Shown piece after piece: positions 10,657-21,453 of a DNA stretch of 64,000 bases. Source of the stretch: an uncultured Gammaproteobacteria bacterium (GTDB lineage Bacteria; Patescibacteriota; Patescibacteriia; UBA9934; GWF2-40-263); the NCBI GenBank assembly GCA_964399675.1, contig CAYNRK010000003.1:9033-73032 (forward strand), written 5' to 3'. A program made the position numbers and the translations under genes. The first letter of the stretch is position 1, and every line of letters begins with the position of its first letter. The notes beneath the pieces are model-generated. The model ran no database searches, was not told the origin of the DNA, and was given only the letters and a program-made list of their open reading frames with translations.

Positions 10657-13600
10657 ATGATTCACATAACGTCAAAAGCTAAGCGGCAATTCGCAGCGGC
10701 GTTTTTTGTGTTTGCAATAATTTTTTCATCAGCAATTGGAATTTTTGTTTCTTCAAACGAAGTGTTGGCCGATAGCCCAAACAAGATGGTACGAATTAAT
10801 GCAGCTGGTGCTATGGTTGCATGTCCTAAAGTAGCATCTCCTTCGCCTCCTTTGCCATGTGTTCCAGAATCCGTCTTGCTAACTTCCAAAGAAGCAGATG
10901 AAAACATGATCAAGCCAGCGCAAAGAATGATTATTGCTCAGGCTCTCATGAACCTCACACAATTTGTTCTTAACAGACTTGCTTACGAAGCAGCGGTTAT
11001 TGTTGCAGCTGGTGGAATAGGGCAAGATTCAATGTTCTACGAAAAAAGTCCCACAGAAGCATGGGGTGACTTTGGTCTTGATATTGCAGGAGAAGCAGTG
11101 GGAACTCTTTCGGATACATTAGAGGATACTTTTGGTTTTGGATTAGACTTGTGTAAACCCCCAAACCAACTTTTAAATTTAAATTTGGCCATTGGTTTTA
11201 AGCAGGAATATCAACCAGGTGACATAAAATGTGACATCATGAAGGTTGGACAAAATTGGAAAGAAGCCTTTACAAACACATTTGGTTTTTTGGAAAGTCC
11301 GGCAGCAATTAAGGAAGCAACTCTTACAAAATTTGCACAAAGCCTGCATCCAGGGCGAAACGAACTAAGTGCTTCAGCAGGCTTTGCGTTTAAAATTCAT
11401 GAAAAGGTTGAGGAAGAGAAACAAAGGAATTTTATTGAGCAAGCAAATAAGGATGGATACAAGGATGTAACCGATTTTGTTACTGGCAAAACCGAGACGC
11501 CTGCAGACACAATGCAAAAGCAATACGAAGAGACGCTTGCCGCCACTTCTGGGCACGAGTCAAGAGTTGATGTTAGTGAACTAATGAGTTGGGGAGATAT
11601 TGGTTTTGGTATGGCAGCTGCTGCTGGATCAACGTTTACAAATACTTTGCTCTCTAAGGTTCTTCAAAATGTTTATGATGGTTTGTTTCAAACAGAGCCT
11701 GACGACATTGATCCGTTTAATATAGAAAGTTTGGCAGGCTCAGGTAAAGAATCAGCACAGGACGCTCTTTCTGAACTTCTTGCAATAAACCCAATCAGTG
11801 TTTCAGATTACAATATATTAAATGAATTTAGTGTTTGTGCTGCATCAGGAGGAATAAATAGAGGGCTTAACAGCTGTGTTTTAGATTCAAGGTTTGCAGG
11901 AGCAATTACAAAAGCTCAAACCGGGCAAGCTCTTACTGTACAAGAAGCAATTGATGCAGGAGATCTTCATGGAGATTGGCCACTTATTTCACCAGAGGCT
12001 AAAGCATTAAATCAAGATCCTTTATGTTATAAGGAAGGGTATTGTTATGGAAATTTGGTAAAGCTAAGAAAGGCGCGAATTCTTCCAATTGGTTGGGAGC
12101 TTGCTGCGCAGAAAAACGATAAAGATAACCCAACCAAGCTTCAGGAAATCGTTGACGGTTTCAGTAAATGTAATGACAACGGAGAAATTGATGACACCTC
12201 AGATCATAAGTGGTGTCATTTAATTGATCCAAACTGGGTGATTAAATATCCTGAGACACAGTGTCGCGCTCAGGCAAACGGTGAGATTCGATTAAGTACA
12301 TATGTGCCCGGTCGCACAAGTGTTTGTGTGGATACTCCAAGCTGTATTGGTGAGGACAATGACGGAAAGTGCTCAGATGGGTTTGGTTATTGTGTGAGTG
12401 AGAAAAATGTTTGGCGTTTTCGTGGAAATGATTGTCCGGCGCAATATGCTTCCTGTCTTTCATTTACAAATACAACAACAAGTGCACAAAGTAATTGGCT
12501 TGTCCGTTCAGTGGACTTTAGTGTTTGTGGACAAAGCAATGCAGGGTGTCAATGGTACAGAACAAATAAGTTTCCAAATGATCAGGGAACAGTGGATGAT
12601 CCAACAGATGATGCGTATGAGTGGTTGGCAAAAGGGGAGACTTATTCAACTTTGAATAGAGATGGATTTTTAGATTACACAGTTGGTAATAACCGCGCTG
12701 CTCCAATGGCTTTGGATTATGTCTATGGAGGAGCACAATCTTTTGTTCACTACGCTTATCAAGATCGTCGTTATCTAACACACAGCGCACAGGCGTGCGA
12801 TGCAGAACAGGTTGGCTGTAGTGAATTGTATTCTGCAAAAGATTTGACCTTGAATATTTTACAAAATCCAAGTTTTGAAAAAGATGAGGATAATAATAAT
12901 ATTCCAGACGCCTGGCTACCAAATGATATAGCAAACGGAAATGAACTGTATTCCGGTCCTGAAACAAATCATGGAACAAATAGTTTGTCTTTAGAAGAAA
13001 ATGAAAGGTACATTCAAAGAGTTCCAATTACTGAAAACAATTTTTATACATTAACTTTTGATGCAAAAGCGCAAATAGATGTTCAAACAAATGTAATAGC
13101 AACAGTAACTCTTTTGGATTATCAAGGAGACAAATTAAATCTAGGTGGGCTTGTAATGCTTGGTGATTGCGATCCGGTCAATGATGATGTGGTAATGAGT
13201 AAAGTCATTAAAAATGAATGGACTAAACTAGAATGCACGTTTACAACACCGCCTGGTAGTAAAACAGCTTCTGTCTCTTTGAATAGAAGCGTTTCAAATG
13301 CTGATGTTGTTTATTTTGATACGTTTCAACTTGAGCTTGGAGAAAATTCAACTCCATTTACTATTGGTTATAACACAGAACCAAGCGGTGGCGAGCACAT
13401 AAAGCTTGCGCCCGGTTATCTTGGTTGTGATGGCATTGATGATCCAAAAGAATGTGAGGGTTATGCGCAAATGTGTCGAGCGCAAGATGTTGGATGTAAT
13501 TTATATTCTCCAAAAGACAATGGTCCTAATGTTCCGGCAATTACAACTGATCTTGATGTGTGTCCATCAGAGTGTGTTGGCTATACAACATTTAAACAAG

Positions 13601-16600
13601 AAAAAACAGATTGGGAGAATGAAAAATTCCCTGTGTATTTTATTGCTGATAAATCAACAGCTTGTCAGGAGCAAAATATTGGATGTGATAGTTTTACAAA
13701 CATCAACACAGTTGCAACCGGTGGGGAAGGGGTTGAGGCTTACACATATTTGCGAGCTTGTGTAACAGAGGGAATGACAAGCAATGCAGCAAATAAACAA
13801 GCTGCGGTTTTCTATACATGGGAAGGTTCTGATAAGGCTGGGTTCCAATTGAAGACATGGAATTTGCTTGAGTCAAACTATTTTCCAAATCCAGACACTT
13901 TGACTTTTGAAGAAAGTAATGTTGTTGAGACAAAGCCGTCTCTGGCACCATGTACAAAACCAGACGTTATTAATGAGGATGAAGTTGTGTGTGATGAGGA
14001 TGCAGCACATGTTAACAGCGAGGCAGTGAAGCAGAATTCAGATTGTGATGAACACGCGGACATTTTTACGAACCCAGACTGTCGTGAGTTCTTTGATTCA
14101 CAAGGAAACATTCACTATCGAGAATGGTCTGAGACTGTCACGGTTGATAACAGCTGCGCACCCTATCGAAAGAATGAGGGAGATCTAGCAAGCTGTAATG
14201 CTTCGGGTGGTTTTTGGACCAATCAAGGTTTCTGTAGATACTTTGGTCTTCAAAAAGAATCAAACAGTTGTCCTGTTTCAGAATCCGGTTGTCGAGAATA
14301 TACAGGTGGTGCAAGTCGAAACGCATCCACGATTATTAATGAGACTTTTGAAAATGAAGATTTTGGTCCGTTTGTTGAACTTTTATCAGCCCGAGTAACA
14401 GCAAGTATTAGCAACGAGTCTTTAGCCTATGCAGGTCATTCTGTAAGCGCTATTGCAAATGATGATAATGGTATTGCAACCTGGGATGCATATGTTGGCG
14501 GGGGAAATAAAAATACTCTTTGTACTGATCAACATCAAACTTATGATGCAGATAGAGGAATGTGTATTGCAGAAAATTCAGTTGATGCTGATTTAAAGTG
14601 TGAGGTTGCAGTTGGGAAAAATGGCTGTAGTCCAATTTCAGAATCGCTTGTTTCAGGAAAAACTTTTATTCTTAGGTTTTGGGCAAAAGGAAGCAGCGGG
14701 TTAAAAGTCGGGTTTAAGCATAGTAAAATGGGTCTTCAAGAGTATTCAGATTTAGTGGATACTGCAAATCAAGATGTGGGTCAAAATCAAATGGCCACAT
14801 TGCCACTTACCGGATCCTGGAAACTGTATGAGCTTGGGCCATTTGACAGCTCAAAGTCAGACTTCTTTTCAAATTTAGCAAAGTTGGTAATTTTTAAATC
14901 CGGAGGCGGTGATCGATTCTTTATTGACAACATAGAACTCATTCAGGTCGAAGACAATCTTGCGATTATAAAAGATTCCTGGGTTGTGCCTTCAACTTGC
15001 GATTCAGCACCAAACGGCTTGCCGGATCCACAGTACTATCTTGGTTGTAGAGCTTATAAAGACAAAGATCAAAAAGACGTGAACTTGTATCAGTTCTCAA
15101 GTTTGTGTTCTGAAGAAGTTGTTGGTTGTGAGGCTTTTTATCAAACCCAACAGTCTGCTTCTGCTTACAAACAGGTTTTCAATGCTCGTTGTCAATATGA
15201 TTCTGATAATAACATGAGCACTGATAATGTGAGCTCAAACGCTCAGGCTTGTGCTGTACAAGGTGTGACATATTGCACAATTCCGGCTTTCCAAAGTTTT
15301 TGTCTGTTTGATGCAACTCAAACATTCCCTGAAAAGCTTCCTTCAAGCGGCGATTTTAGAATTGTTTATGGACCTGAAACCACTATTGTAGATGCGGACA
15401 AGCCAGTCTATGCAGTTAATGATGAATCAGCTAGTTGTTCATCTGCTTTTGCAGGATGTCAGGAATTCGGAAAGCCAAAATTCGAACAGGACCTTTCGCA
15501 AGTCACAGAATTTGAGTCTGTGTATTTCATGAATACGCCGACAACTTATGGTGATGACTTGTGTGATGACGCAGCTCTTTTCTGTGAGGAGTATGAGTCA
15601 ACTTCTGAGGGGAATTTCTATTTTAAAGATCCAATAAGTAAGACTTGTGATTATAAAACAAATGTAAATATTCGAAACAAAAATTATTTAGGCTGGTTCC
15701 GTTCTAATTCAGATGAGCCGTGTTACTTCACGGATGATAACGGTAATGACAAATGGGATGATAATGAATCAGCACATATTGTAAGTGGTGAGAACATGGC
15801 CATGTGGTCAAATGGAGATGTGGATAATTATGATGGTTGGGTTGGAGTATGTGAAAATCAGTATGATATGTGTTCAGAGTTTGTTGATGTGGTTGATACC
15901 GGCGGTGGATTAAATCCTAATGGCGCTTCGTATTATTTCTTAGATGATAAGTCTCTTGATGAAAGTCACCTGCCAAGTACACAAAAATGTGATGGAAAAG
16001 CTGGTCAAAAGTTTGGTTGCGGTTTGTTTAACAATAAGACAAATCCAGAGCTTACGTTTAATACAAACGCATCTTATGTTGCATCCACTCATGCCGATGT
16101 GCTTCTTGATAAAGGAGCAAATGAGCTTATTGATCCAATCAATTGCAACATTGAGGATAATGGTAAATTTACGATTTCAGAGGCAAATAAACAAAAGTTG
16201 AATCTTATTTCCACGAACGTTGATTTGTGTACAAGTCGTTGTGAGTATCAAACAGATGAGGAGGACAGCTTAGAGACTTCGCTCACAACATTTCGTGGAA
16301 TAATTTGGGGCACACATTTTTATTATGAGAGGTCTTGTCTTGTAAATGAGGATTGTCCAAAACTTCAATCTGAAAATGGGGAAAATCTTAGTGGTACTTG
16401 TGGTGTTGCGGCAAGTCAATATCGTTCTGTTAATGACGCAAATACTGTTTTGAAAGTGAATCGTGATAGAACATGTGCTTCATGGTTGGAAGGTAGAATG
16501 GGTCGACAAAGTTGGAATACGCGTACAAATAAATGGGAAACAATTTATAGAGAATTGAAATATTGTGTTCCGGGCGTTGGTGAAAGATGCGAGATTGTCA

Positions 16601-19600
16601 GTAGAGATTCAACTATTTTATCTACCCTTGAATATTCAAAACGCGATGTTAACTGGTCTGGTGTTGATTACTCAGGATTTTCAATTCCAAATCAATTACC
16701 AGTTGAGCAATATTCACAAGAGAATTTAAATCCGGACAAATGGTGTAAGAGAGATGATGGTGATATTGAGTTGAATGAAAACGATCAAGTTAAAAGTTGT
16801 GATGATGAGTCAGATTGTAGCAATAATTATGAATGTAAAAAGGCATCAAAGACATTTATACTCGCTTACAACGCAGGTTCATGTGATAGGTCAGAGGTTG
16901 GTCAAGGCGGTGAATGTAAAATAGGGTTCTGTAGCGTTACAAAAGATTCTTGTGCTTTTGATGAAAATTGTGAGGGCAATGCGAATGAATGTGTGATTGG
17001 TTATTGCCAGGCTGTTGGAAATGTAGGATGTCCTGCAGGCGGCTGTGTTTGTGAATCAAATCCAGATTGTAATGGTGTGATGGCCGATGCTAATGGCAAT
17101 GGAATTGTAGATAATGCAGATTTGACAACTCCAATTTGCGATACAGTGCAACAATTGTGTGTTAACGAACTAATGCCAAATGCCAATAGTTGTGATTCAG
17201 GCTTGAACTCAAGTTGTGACAGCCCTGCTATTTGTAATGTAGCCTTTACGACCTCACAGGGTGCTTGCTTTAACGATAAATGTTTAACAGATATTGTGGA
17301 TACTAATGGTAATGGTTTTGCCAACTCACTAAATGTAGAAGTGGCCAACAAACAAAGTTGTCGTGGGTATCCTGAGATTGATTCACCATTTCCATTAAAA
17401 GTAGTGTCAACTTGGAGTGTTCCAACAAGAGCGGAAGTTGTAGATAGAGATGCTGATGTTTCGTATCAGTCAGAAGCAATTCAAAAAGAGTTTGCGCCTC
17501 AGAATGGTGTTGTGGAAGTAAAACCTGGTTCCAAACCTTTTAGCTATATTAATGGCTATGAAGAATCAAAAGTTTGTGAACCAAATAAAACAACCGGAAA
17601 AGTAACTGATGATTGTTTGTGTTCTTACGATAAGGTTGAGTACGGAGATGGTGTTGATTTTCATTATTATGAGATTGGTGCAAGTGCTGATGCTGCACCA
17701 CCACAAATTTGTCTTGGCGGACCTTTTGCTGGAATGAGTTGTACGGGAGATGAGCAGTGCATGGCTGATAATGTTGCAACAAACGGCACATGTGTTTCTT
17801 ACACAAAAGCACAGCAACTATATGGTTGGCCGGGATATTGTATTGAAAAAGACAGCTCGATTTCTTTGTATGCAAGCACTGACCAAACCGATCGTGCGTG
17901 TTTGACCTGGCTGCCGGTTGATCAGTTAAAAGGCGCAACAGATTTGTTTGCTAAGTACACAGGAGCTGGTTTTCCACCAAGTCAAACTTTGTATTGTGCA
18001 GAGGAAACTGTTGCATATGACATTGCAACAACAGATGTTGGATGTGCTGAGATTTTTCCTGGGGTTGGATATTGTGGATGGGATGAAGATGATGGCACGG
18101 ACGCTGAAATGATGGAGGATATTAATGATGATAATCCTCATGATGTCCTTGATTGTCCAAGTGGGTTTTTTGCAATTATGACAATGTGCGATGAGGAATT
18201 GGCTTTAAATGATTGTGAAAATGGTGATAATGATTATCCGTATTTCTGTGTTCCATATCACTCAAGCAAGATTGAAGATGGAAATGAAATTTTGTGCGAA
18301 CCACCAGATGATGCAACACACCACATTGCAGGTGGTTTTGTACAAGATATTTATGTTGTTCATGATGGCCCTTTTAAAACAAAATATAGCTATTATCAAA
18401 ACTGCACAGTAAGAGGGATTTTACATGAGCACATTGGAAATTATCTTGGTGACGGGGCAACTTCACCGGCCAATTATCCAAGCAGTTCGCCTGGAGATTT
18501 GAGGTATGATCTTGATTATAATTATATTCAGTATTCAGCATGCAAATCTTTGGTTGAGGTTGGAAAAGCAGGTTCACTTCCGGATAATGGTGAAATGAAG
18601 GTTTACAATGTGGGTTGGACAAATCGTTTGTGGGAGGAGAGTGAATATAATATAGAACCAGATGGGAATTTAAAGTTCAATTATTCATACTTAACTGATC
18701 CGTCTTTGTTTGGTCAGTCAAAGAGCTTGCAATCGATTTTAAATACAGATGATCCTGTCCCTCCAAGAGCAATAATGTGTAAGAAGGGTAATGAAGAGAA
18801 AGTGCCAGAAAATCAAGAAACAAGCGCTTGCCCTGCTGGTTTTAATGATTTTGAAGGTAACAGAGAAGCCAGGCCTTATTATGAAGTTAAGTTAGCGTCA
18901 TCTGGATTTGAAGCACCTGTAATAGAATATTGTAAAGAAGATGGTTGTGTTTGTGCTGATATTAAAGAATGTAATTGGCAAAATGATCCAGATCCAAATA
19001 ACCCAGGAAGACAAATTCTGTGTGGAATCCATAGGTGTAATGGAGGAATAAACAACGGTAACTTATGCGAAGATGTTAGTGATTGTCCTTCAAATAATGT
19101 TTGTGATGTAAACAACAATCTTCACACAGGCCAAAACTGGGCTTGTGGTTGGCAGATTTGTCACAAAGGGAAATGTCTTAAACCATGTCAGCTTCAAGGC
19201 GATAAGATTTGTATTGGTGGACCAAATGATCAACAAGACTGTGAAAATACTGCTTTTTGTAGACCAAATCAATGCTACAAAGGGGATTGTACTTCCAAAA
19301 TACCTAAGCCAGGAGGTAATCCAATGTCTGAGCTTGAAGAACCTGTAAAAGCAAAAGAGCGTTTGCAACAAATATTTGCGCGTTCGCTTAGTTTGTTTGA
19401 GTTTGATGATGGACGTTCAGCGATTGCTGACGAGGATTCTCATGTTGACGAAAGTAAAGGAGAATTTGAAGAACCGGATGATCTTAGTTCAGGTGAGGAC
19501 TGGCACTGGGATGTTCGAGCCATGGGAGATGAATATGAGGATGGAACGCCATATGGTCCTAAGGTTATGTCAGTTGGAGATTGTTTGAATACGTTATGTG

Positions 19601-20337
19601 AAGAAGGGCCTGAGGGCGAGTTTAATGTAAATGAAAAGAGTAGTGGAACAGTGAGTGGTGTTGACCAGTTAGGTGTTAGTGTGAGTTTCTTTACCAAAGC
19701 CAATCCAAATCAATTACCAATTCGACGTATTGTTGTTGACTGGGGTGCAGATTATAGTCCGATTGACCAATACTGGCCAACAGATAAACAGAGTGGCTCA
19801 ACAGCCCCTGATAACTTCTACAAAAATTACAGAGGAATTGATTCATCAAAACAAACTCCAATATGTAATGATAGTCCAAACAATTTTGGTGAAAGTTATG
19901 AGGCCTGTAATTCCGGTTATATCTCGTTTAAATATGATTACACTTGTACAAGATTTGATGTACAAACCCTGGAAGGTGAAGAAATGAAGCTGTGTAAAAC
20001 AGATGTAAATAATCGCCTTATAAATTCACCATGTACAGGAAATGCACCAGACACAGAGGTTCCTATTGCAGGTGCAGTTGGCGCGTGTGTGTTCCAACCA
20101 CGTGTGCATGTATTGGATAACTGGGGTTGGTGTACTGGGCATTGTGATGCAGGGGATGAAGATTTTGATAATGGTCCAGGGTGTTATTCTGGTAAAGGGC
20201 CTGTTGGTCCTGCGGAAATTAACGAGTGTAATATTGACGAGTGTCCAGGGAACGGTAATGGGTGTCCAGATTTTTTGGGCGGACTTACAAACCCATGGGT
20301 GAACTTTAATGGATATGTGATTGTAAGGCCGGAGTAG
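10657..20337 (+). CDS. Giant cysteine-rich exported protein (3226 aa) with CBM-like, Ca-binding and CxGG repeats
   Basis: Uninterrupted ORF; N-terminal signal/TM; NILQNPSFE and RFWAKG..FFIDNIEL (CBM-like); DANGNGIVD; repeated CxGGxxxxxxC. Confidence 0.85.
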   Translation: MIHITSKAKRQFAAAFFVFAIIFSSAIGIFVSSNEVLADSPNKMVRINAAGAMVACPKVASPSPPLPCVPESVLLTSKEADENMIKPAQRMIIAQALMNLTQFVLNRLAYEAAVIVAAGGIGQDSMFYEKSPTEAWGDFGLDIAGEAVGTLSDTLEDTFGFGLDLCKPPNQLLNLNLAIGFKQEYQPGDIKCDIMKVGQNWKEAFTNTFGFLESPAAIKEATLTKFAQSLHPGRNELSASAGFAFKIHEKVEEEKQRNFIEQANKDGYKDVTDFVTGKTETPADTMQKQYEETLAATSGHESRVDVSELMSWGDIGFGMAAAAGSTFTNTLLSKVLQNVYDGLFQTEPDDIDPFNIESLAGSGKESAQDALSELLAINPISVSDYNILNEFSVCAASGGINRGLNSCVLDSRFAGAITKAQTGQALTVQEAIDAGDLHGDWPLISPEAKALNQDPLCYKEGYCYGNLVKLRKARILPIGWELAAQKNDKDNPTKLQEIVDGFSKCNDNGEIDDTSDHKWCHLIDPNWVIKYPETQCRAQANGEIRLSTYVPGRTSVCVDTPSCIGEDNDGKCSDGFGYCVSEKNVWRFRGNDCPAQYASCLSFTNTTTSAQSNWLVRSVDFSVCGQSNAGCQWYRTNKFPNDQGTVDDPTDDAYEWLAKGETYSTLNRDGFLDYTVGNNRAAPMALDYVYGGAQSFVHYAYQDRRYLTHSAQACDAEQVGCSELYSAKDLTLNILQNPSFEKDEDNNNIPDAWLPNDIANGNELYSGPETNHGTNSLSLEENERYIQRVPITENNFYTLTFDAKAQIDVQTNVIATVTLLDYQGDKLNLGGLVMLGDCDPVNDDVVMSKVIKNEWTKLECTFTTPPGSKTASVSLNRSVSNADVVYFDTFQLELGENSTPFTIGYNTEPSGGEHIKLAPGYLGCDGIDDPKECEGYAQMCRAQDVGCNLYSPKDNGPNVPAITTDLDVCPSECVGYTTFKQEKTDWENEKFPVYFIADKSTACQEQNIGCDSFTNINTVATGGEGVEAYTYLRACVTEGMTSNAANKQAAVFYTWEGSDKAGFQLKTWNLLESNYFPNPDTLTFEESNVVETKPSLAPCTKPDVINEDEVVCDEDAAHVNSEAVKQNSDCDEHADIFTNPDCREFFDSQGNIHYREWSETVTVDNSCAPYRKNEGDLASCNASGGFWTNQGFCRYFGLQKESNSCPVSESGCREYTGGASRNASTIINETFENEDFGPFVELLSARVTASISNESLAYAGHSVSAIANDDNGIATWDAYVGGGNKNTLCTDQHQTYDADRGMCIAENSVDADLKCEVAVGKNGCSPISESLVSGKTFILRFWAKGSSGLKVGFKHSKMGLQEYSDLVDTANQDVGQNQMATLPLTGSWKLYELGPFDSSKSDFFSNLAKLVIFKSGGGDRFFIDNIELIQVEDNLAIIKDSWVVPSTCDSAPNGLPDPQYYLGCRAYKDKDQKDVNLYQFSSLCSEEVVGCEAFYQTQQSASAYKQVFNARCQYDSDNNMSTDNVSSNAQACAVQGVTYCTIPAFQSFCLFDATQTFPEKLPSSGDFRIVYGPETTIVDADKPVYAVNDESASCSSAFAGCQEFGKPKFEQDLSQVTEFESVYFMNTPTTYGDDLCDDAALFCEEYESTSEGNFYFKDPISKTCDYKTNVNIRNKNYLGWFRSNSDEPCYFTDDNGNDKWDDNESAHIVSGENMAMWSNGDVDNYDGWVGVCENQYDMCSEFVDVVDTGGGLNPNGASYYFLDDKSLDESHLPSTQKCDGKAGQKFGCGLFNNKTNPELTFNTNASYVASTHADVLLDKGANELIDPINCNIEDNGKFTISEANKQKLNLISTNVDLCTSRCEYQTDEEDSLETSLTTFRGIIWGTHFYYERSCLVNEDCPKLQSENGENLSGTCGVAASQYRSVNDANTVLKVNRDRTCASWLEGRMGRQSWNTRTNKWETIYRELKYCVPGVGERCEIVSRDSTILSTLEYSKRDVNWSGVDYSGFSIPNQLPVEQYSQENLNPDKWCKRDDGDIELNENDQVKSCDDESDCSNNYECKKASKTFILAYNAGSCDRSEVGQGGECKIGFCSVTKDSCAFDENCEGNANECVIGYCQAVGNVGCPAGGCVCESNPDCNGVMADANGNGIVDNADLTTPICDTVQQLCVNELMPNANSCDSGLNSSCDSPAICNVAFTTSQGACFNDKCLTDIVDTNGNGFANSLNVEVANKQSCRGYPEIDSPFPLKVVSTWSVPTRAEVVDRDADVSYQSEAIQKEFAPQNGVVEVKPGSKPFSYINGYEESKVCEPNKTTGKVTDDCLCSYDKVEYGDGVDFHYYEIGASADAAPPQICLGGPFAGMSCTGDEQCMADNVATNGTCVSYTKAQQLYGWPGYCIEKDSSISLYASTDQTDRACLTWLPVDQLKGATDLFAKYTGAGFPPSQTLYCAEETVAYDIATTDVGCAEIFPGVGYCGWDEDDGTDAEMMEDINDDNPHDVLDCPSGFFAIMTMCDEELALNDCENGDNDYPYFCVPYHSSKIEDGNEILCEPPDDATHHIAGGFVQDIYVVHDGPFKTKYSYYQNCTVRGILHEHIGNYLGDGATSPANYPSSSPGDLRYDLDYNYIQYSACKSLVEVGKAGSLPDNGEMKVYNVGWTNRLWEESEYNIEPDGNLKFNYSYLTDPSLFGQSKSLQSILNTDDPVPPRAIMCKKGNEEKVPENQETSACPAGFNDFEGNREARPYYEVKLASSGFEAPVIEYCKEDGCVCADIKECNWQNDPDPNNPGRQILCGIHRCNGGINNGNLCEDVSDCPSNNVCDVNNNLHTGQNWACGWQICHKGKCLKPCQLQGDKICIGGPNDQQDCENTAFCRPNQCYKGDCTSKIPKPGGNPMSELEEPVKAKERLQQIFARSLSLFEFDDGRSAIADEDSHVDESKGEFEEPDDLSSGEDWHWDVRAMGDEYEDGTPYGPKVMSVGDCLNTLCEEGPEGEFNVNEKSSGTVSGVDQLGVSVSFFTKANPNQLPIRRIVVDWGADYSPIDQYWPTDKQSGSTAPDNFYKNYRGIDSSKQTPICNDSPNNFGESYEACNSGYISFKYDYTCTRFDVQTLEGEEMKLCKTDVNNRLINSPCTGNAPDTEVPIAGAVGACVFQPRVHVLDNWGWCTGHCDAGDEDFDNGPGCYSGKGPVGPAEINECNIDECPGNGNGCPDFLGGLTNPWVNFNGYVIVRPE

Positions 20338-20346
20338 TTTTCTTCT

Positions 20347-20413
20347 TGCGTTATTGCGAAGCAATCTTCATATACGAAGATTGCTTCGGCCTTTCAGGCC
20401 TCGCAATGACGCA
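20347..20413. repeat. Palindromic repeat family A, shortened copy
   Basis: TGCGTTATTGCGAAGCAATCTTC...GAAGATTGCTTCG...CTCGCAATGACGCA. Confidence 0.8.
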
Positions 20414-20435
20414 TGAAGTTTTTTGTTTCAATTAG

Positions 20436-20461
20436 AAAACCCGGTTGCCGAAGCTACCGGG
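20436..20461 (-). terminator. Intrinsic terminator of the lipoprotein gene
   Basis: Minus strand CCCGGTAGC-TTCG-GCAACCGGG-TTTT. Confidence 0.65.
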
Positions 20462-20486
20462 AGTGAAGAGGTTGCAGCGGCCGAAG

Positions 20487-21131
20487 CTACTGCTTGGTGA
20501 GCGTGCCTTCCGAGACGTTGCCGTTGGAGGCCTCGAGCTTGTAGGTGATCAAGGACAGGTCGTCCGAAATCGTGCCTTCGAGCGTGACCCCCGGCTTCTC
20601 GCCGTAGAACGCGGCGCCGGTCACATGGACCATGACGTTGAGTCCCATGTTCATGAAGACCCTGTCACCGTCGAGACCGGTCTCGACTGCGCGCACGCTG
20701 TCGTTCGAGCTGTCGACGTACGCGCCGTTCGGAGCCAGGCCCCAGGAGCCTTCCTCGGTCCAGTTGAGCTCCACGACTGTTCCGTTGTCGTCGGCGTTGG
20801 GCACGTACTCGCGCGGGGCAAACAGGTGGATCGGGCTCTCGAGCTCGATCTCGACCTGGTCGTCGATCTTGACGACCTTGACCTCGCAGGTGTCGGTTGC
20901 CTCGCAGGCAACGTCTCCCTTGACCAGGAAGTCACCGACGATGCCCGCTGGGGCGTTGGCGTTGAGGGTGACCGTGAAGAGCGGCTCGCCCGTGTCCGGG
21001 TTGATGCCGTCCTGTCGGGCCTGCTCGTCGTGTCGAGCAGCCTCGTCGGCCTCGCTGTTGTCGAGATCCGCACCACACCCCAGAGCCAGGCAAAGGGGCA
21101 GCAGTGCGATGAGAAGAGTTCGCTTGTTCAT
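20487..21131 (-). CDS. GC-rich putative lipoprotein
   Basis: MNKRTLLIALLPLCLALGC lipobox; GGAG SD upstream; strong G/C third-position bias; own terminator. Confidence 0.75.
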   Translation of the reverse strand: MNKRTLLIALLPLCLALGCGADLDNSEADEAARHDEQARQDGINPDTGEPLFTVTLNANAPAGIVGDFLVKGDVACEATDTCEVKVVKIDDQVEIELESPIHLFAPREYVPNADDNGTVVELNWTEEGSWGLAPNGAYVDSSNDSVRAVETGLDGDRVFMNMGLNVMVHVTGAAFYGEKPGVTLEGTISDDLSLITYKLEASNGNVSEGTLTKQ

Positions 21132-21374
21132 CGCTTTACTCCGGTTTCTGCCCCGTTTCCTACTCCAGCCTTGTGCTGAAAGCAGGGCGCGGGTAAACAC
21201 ACTTCTGTATATATTACAAGGGTTTTTTTAAATTTTGTCAAGTCTAAATATGGGATCTTTGCGAATTTTAGGTAAATCGTAAAGAATTTTGTGGATATTC
21301 TCTGGATAAAATTTCAAACAAATTTTTTAAAAACAATCAAGCTTTCATTTAAAATTTTTCTTGGCTCTGATATA

Positions 21375-21403
21375 TTGACATTAGGCGAGAAACGTGATAA
21401 AAA
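21375..21403 (+). promoter_or_regulatory. Putative sigma70 promoter of the kinase cassette
   Basis: TTGACA(21375-21380)-N17-TAAAAA with an extended TG. Confidence 0.45.
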
Positions 21404-21453
21404 ATCGCCTCGTTCCTTTCAACAAACAACCTACAGGAACGGAAGGGAGTAGT

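Noticed and set aside
20445-21231. Long overlapping ORFs in several frames
   Set aside because: High-GC shadows; only the minus ORF 20487-21131 has a lipobox, SD and terminator
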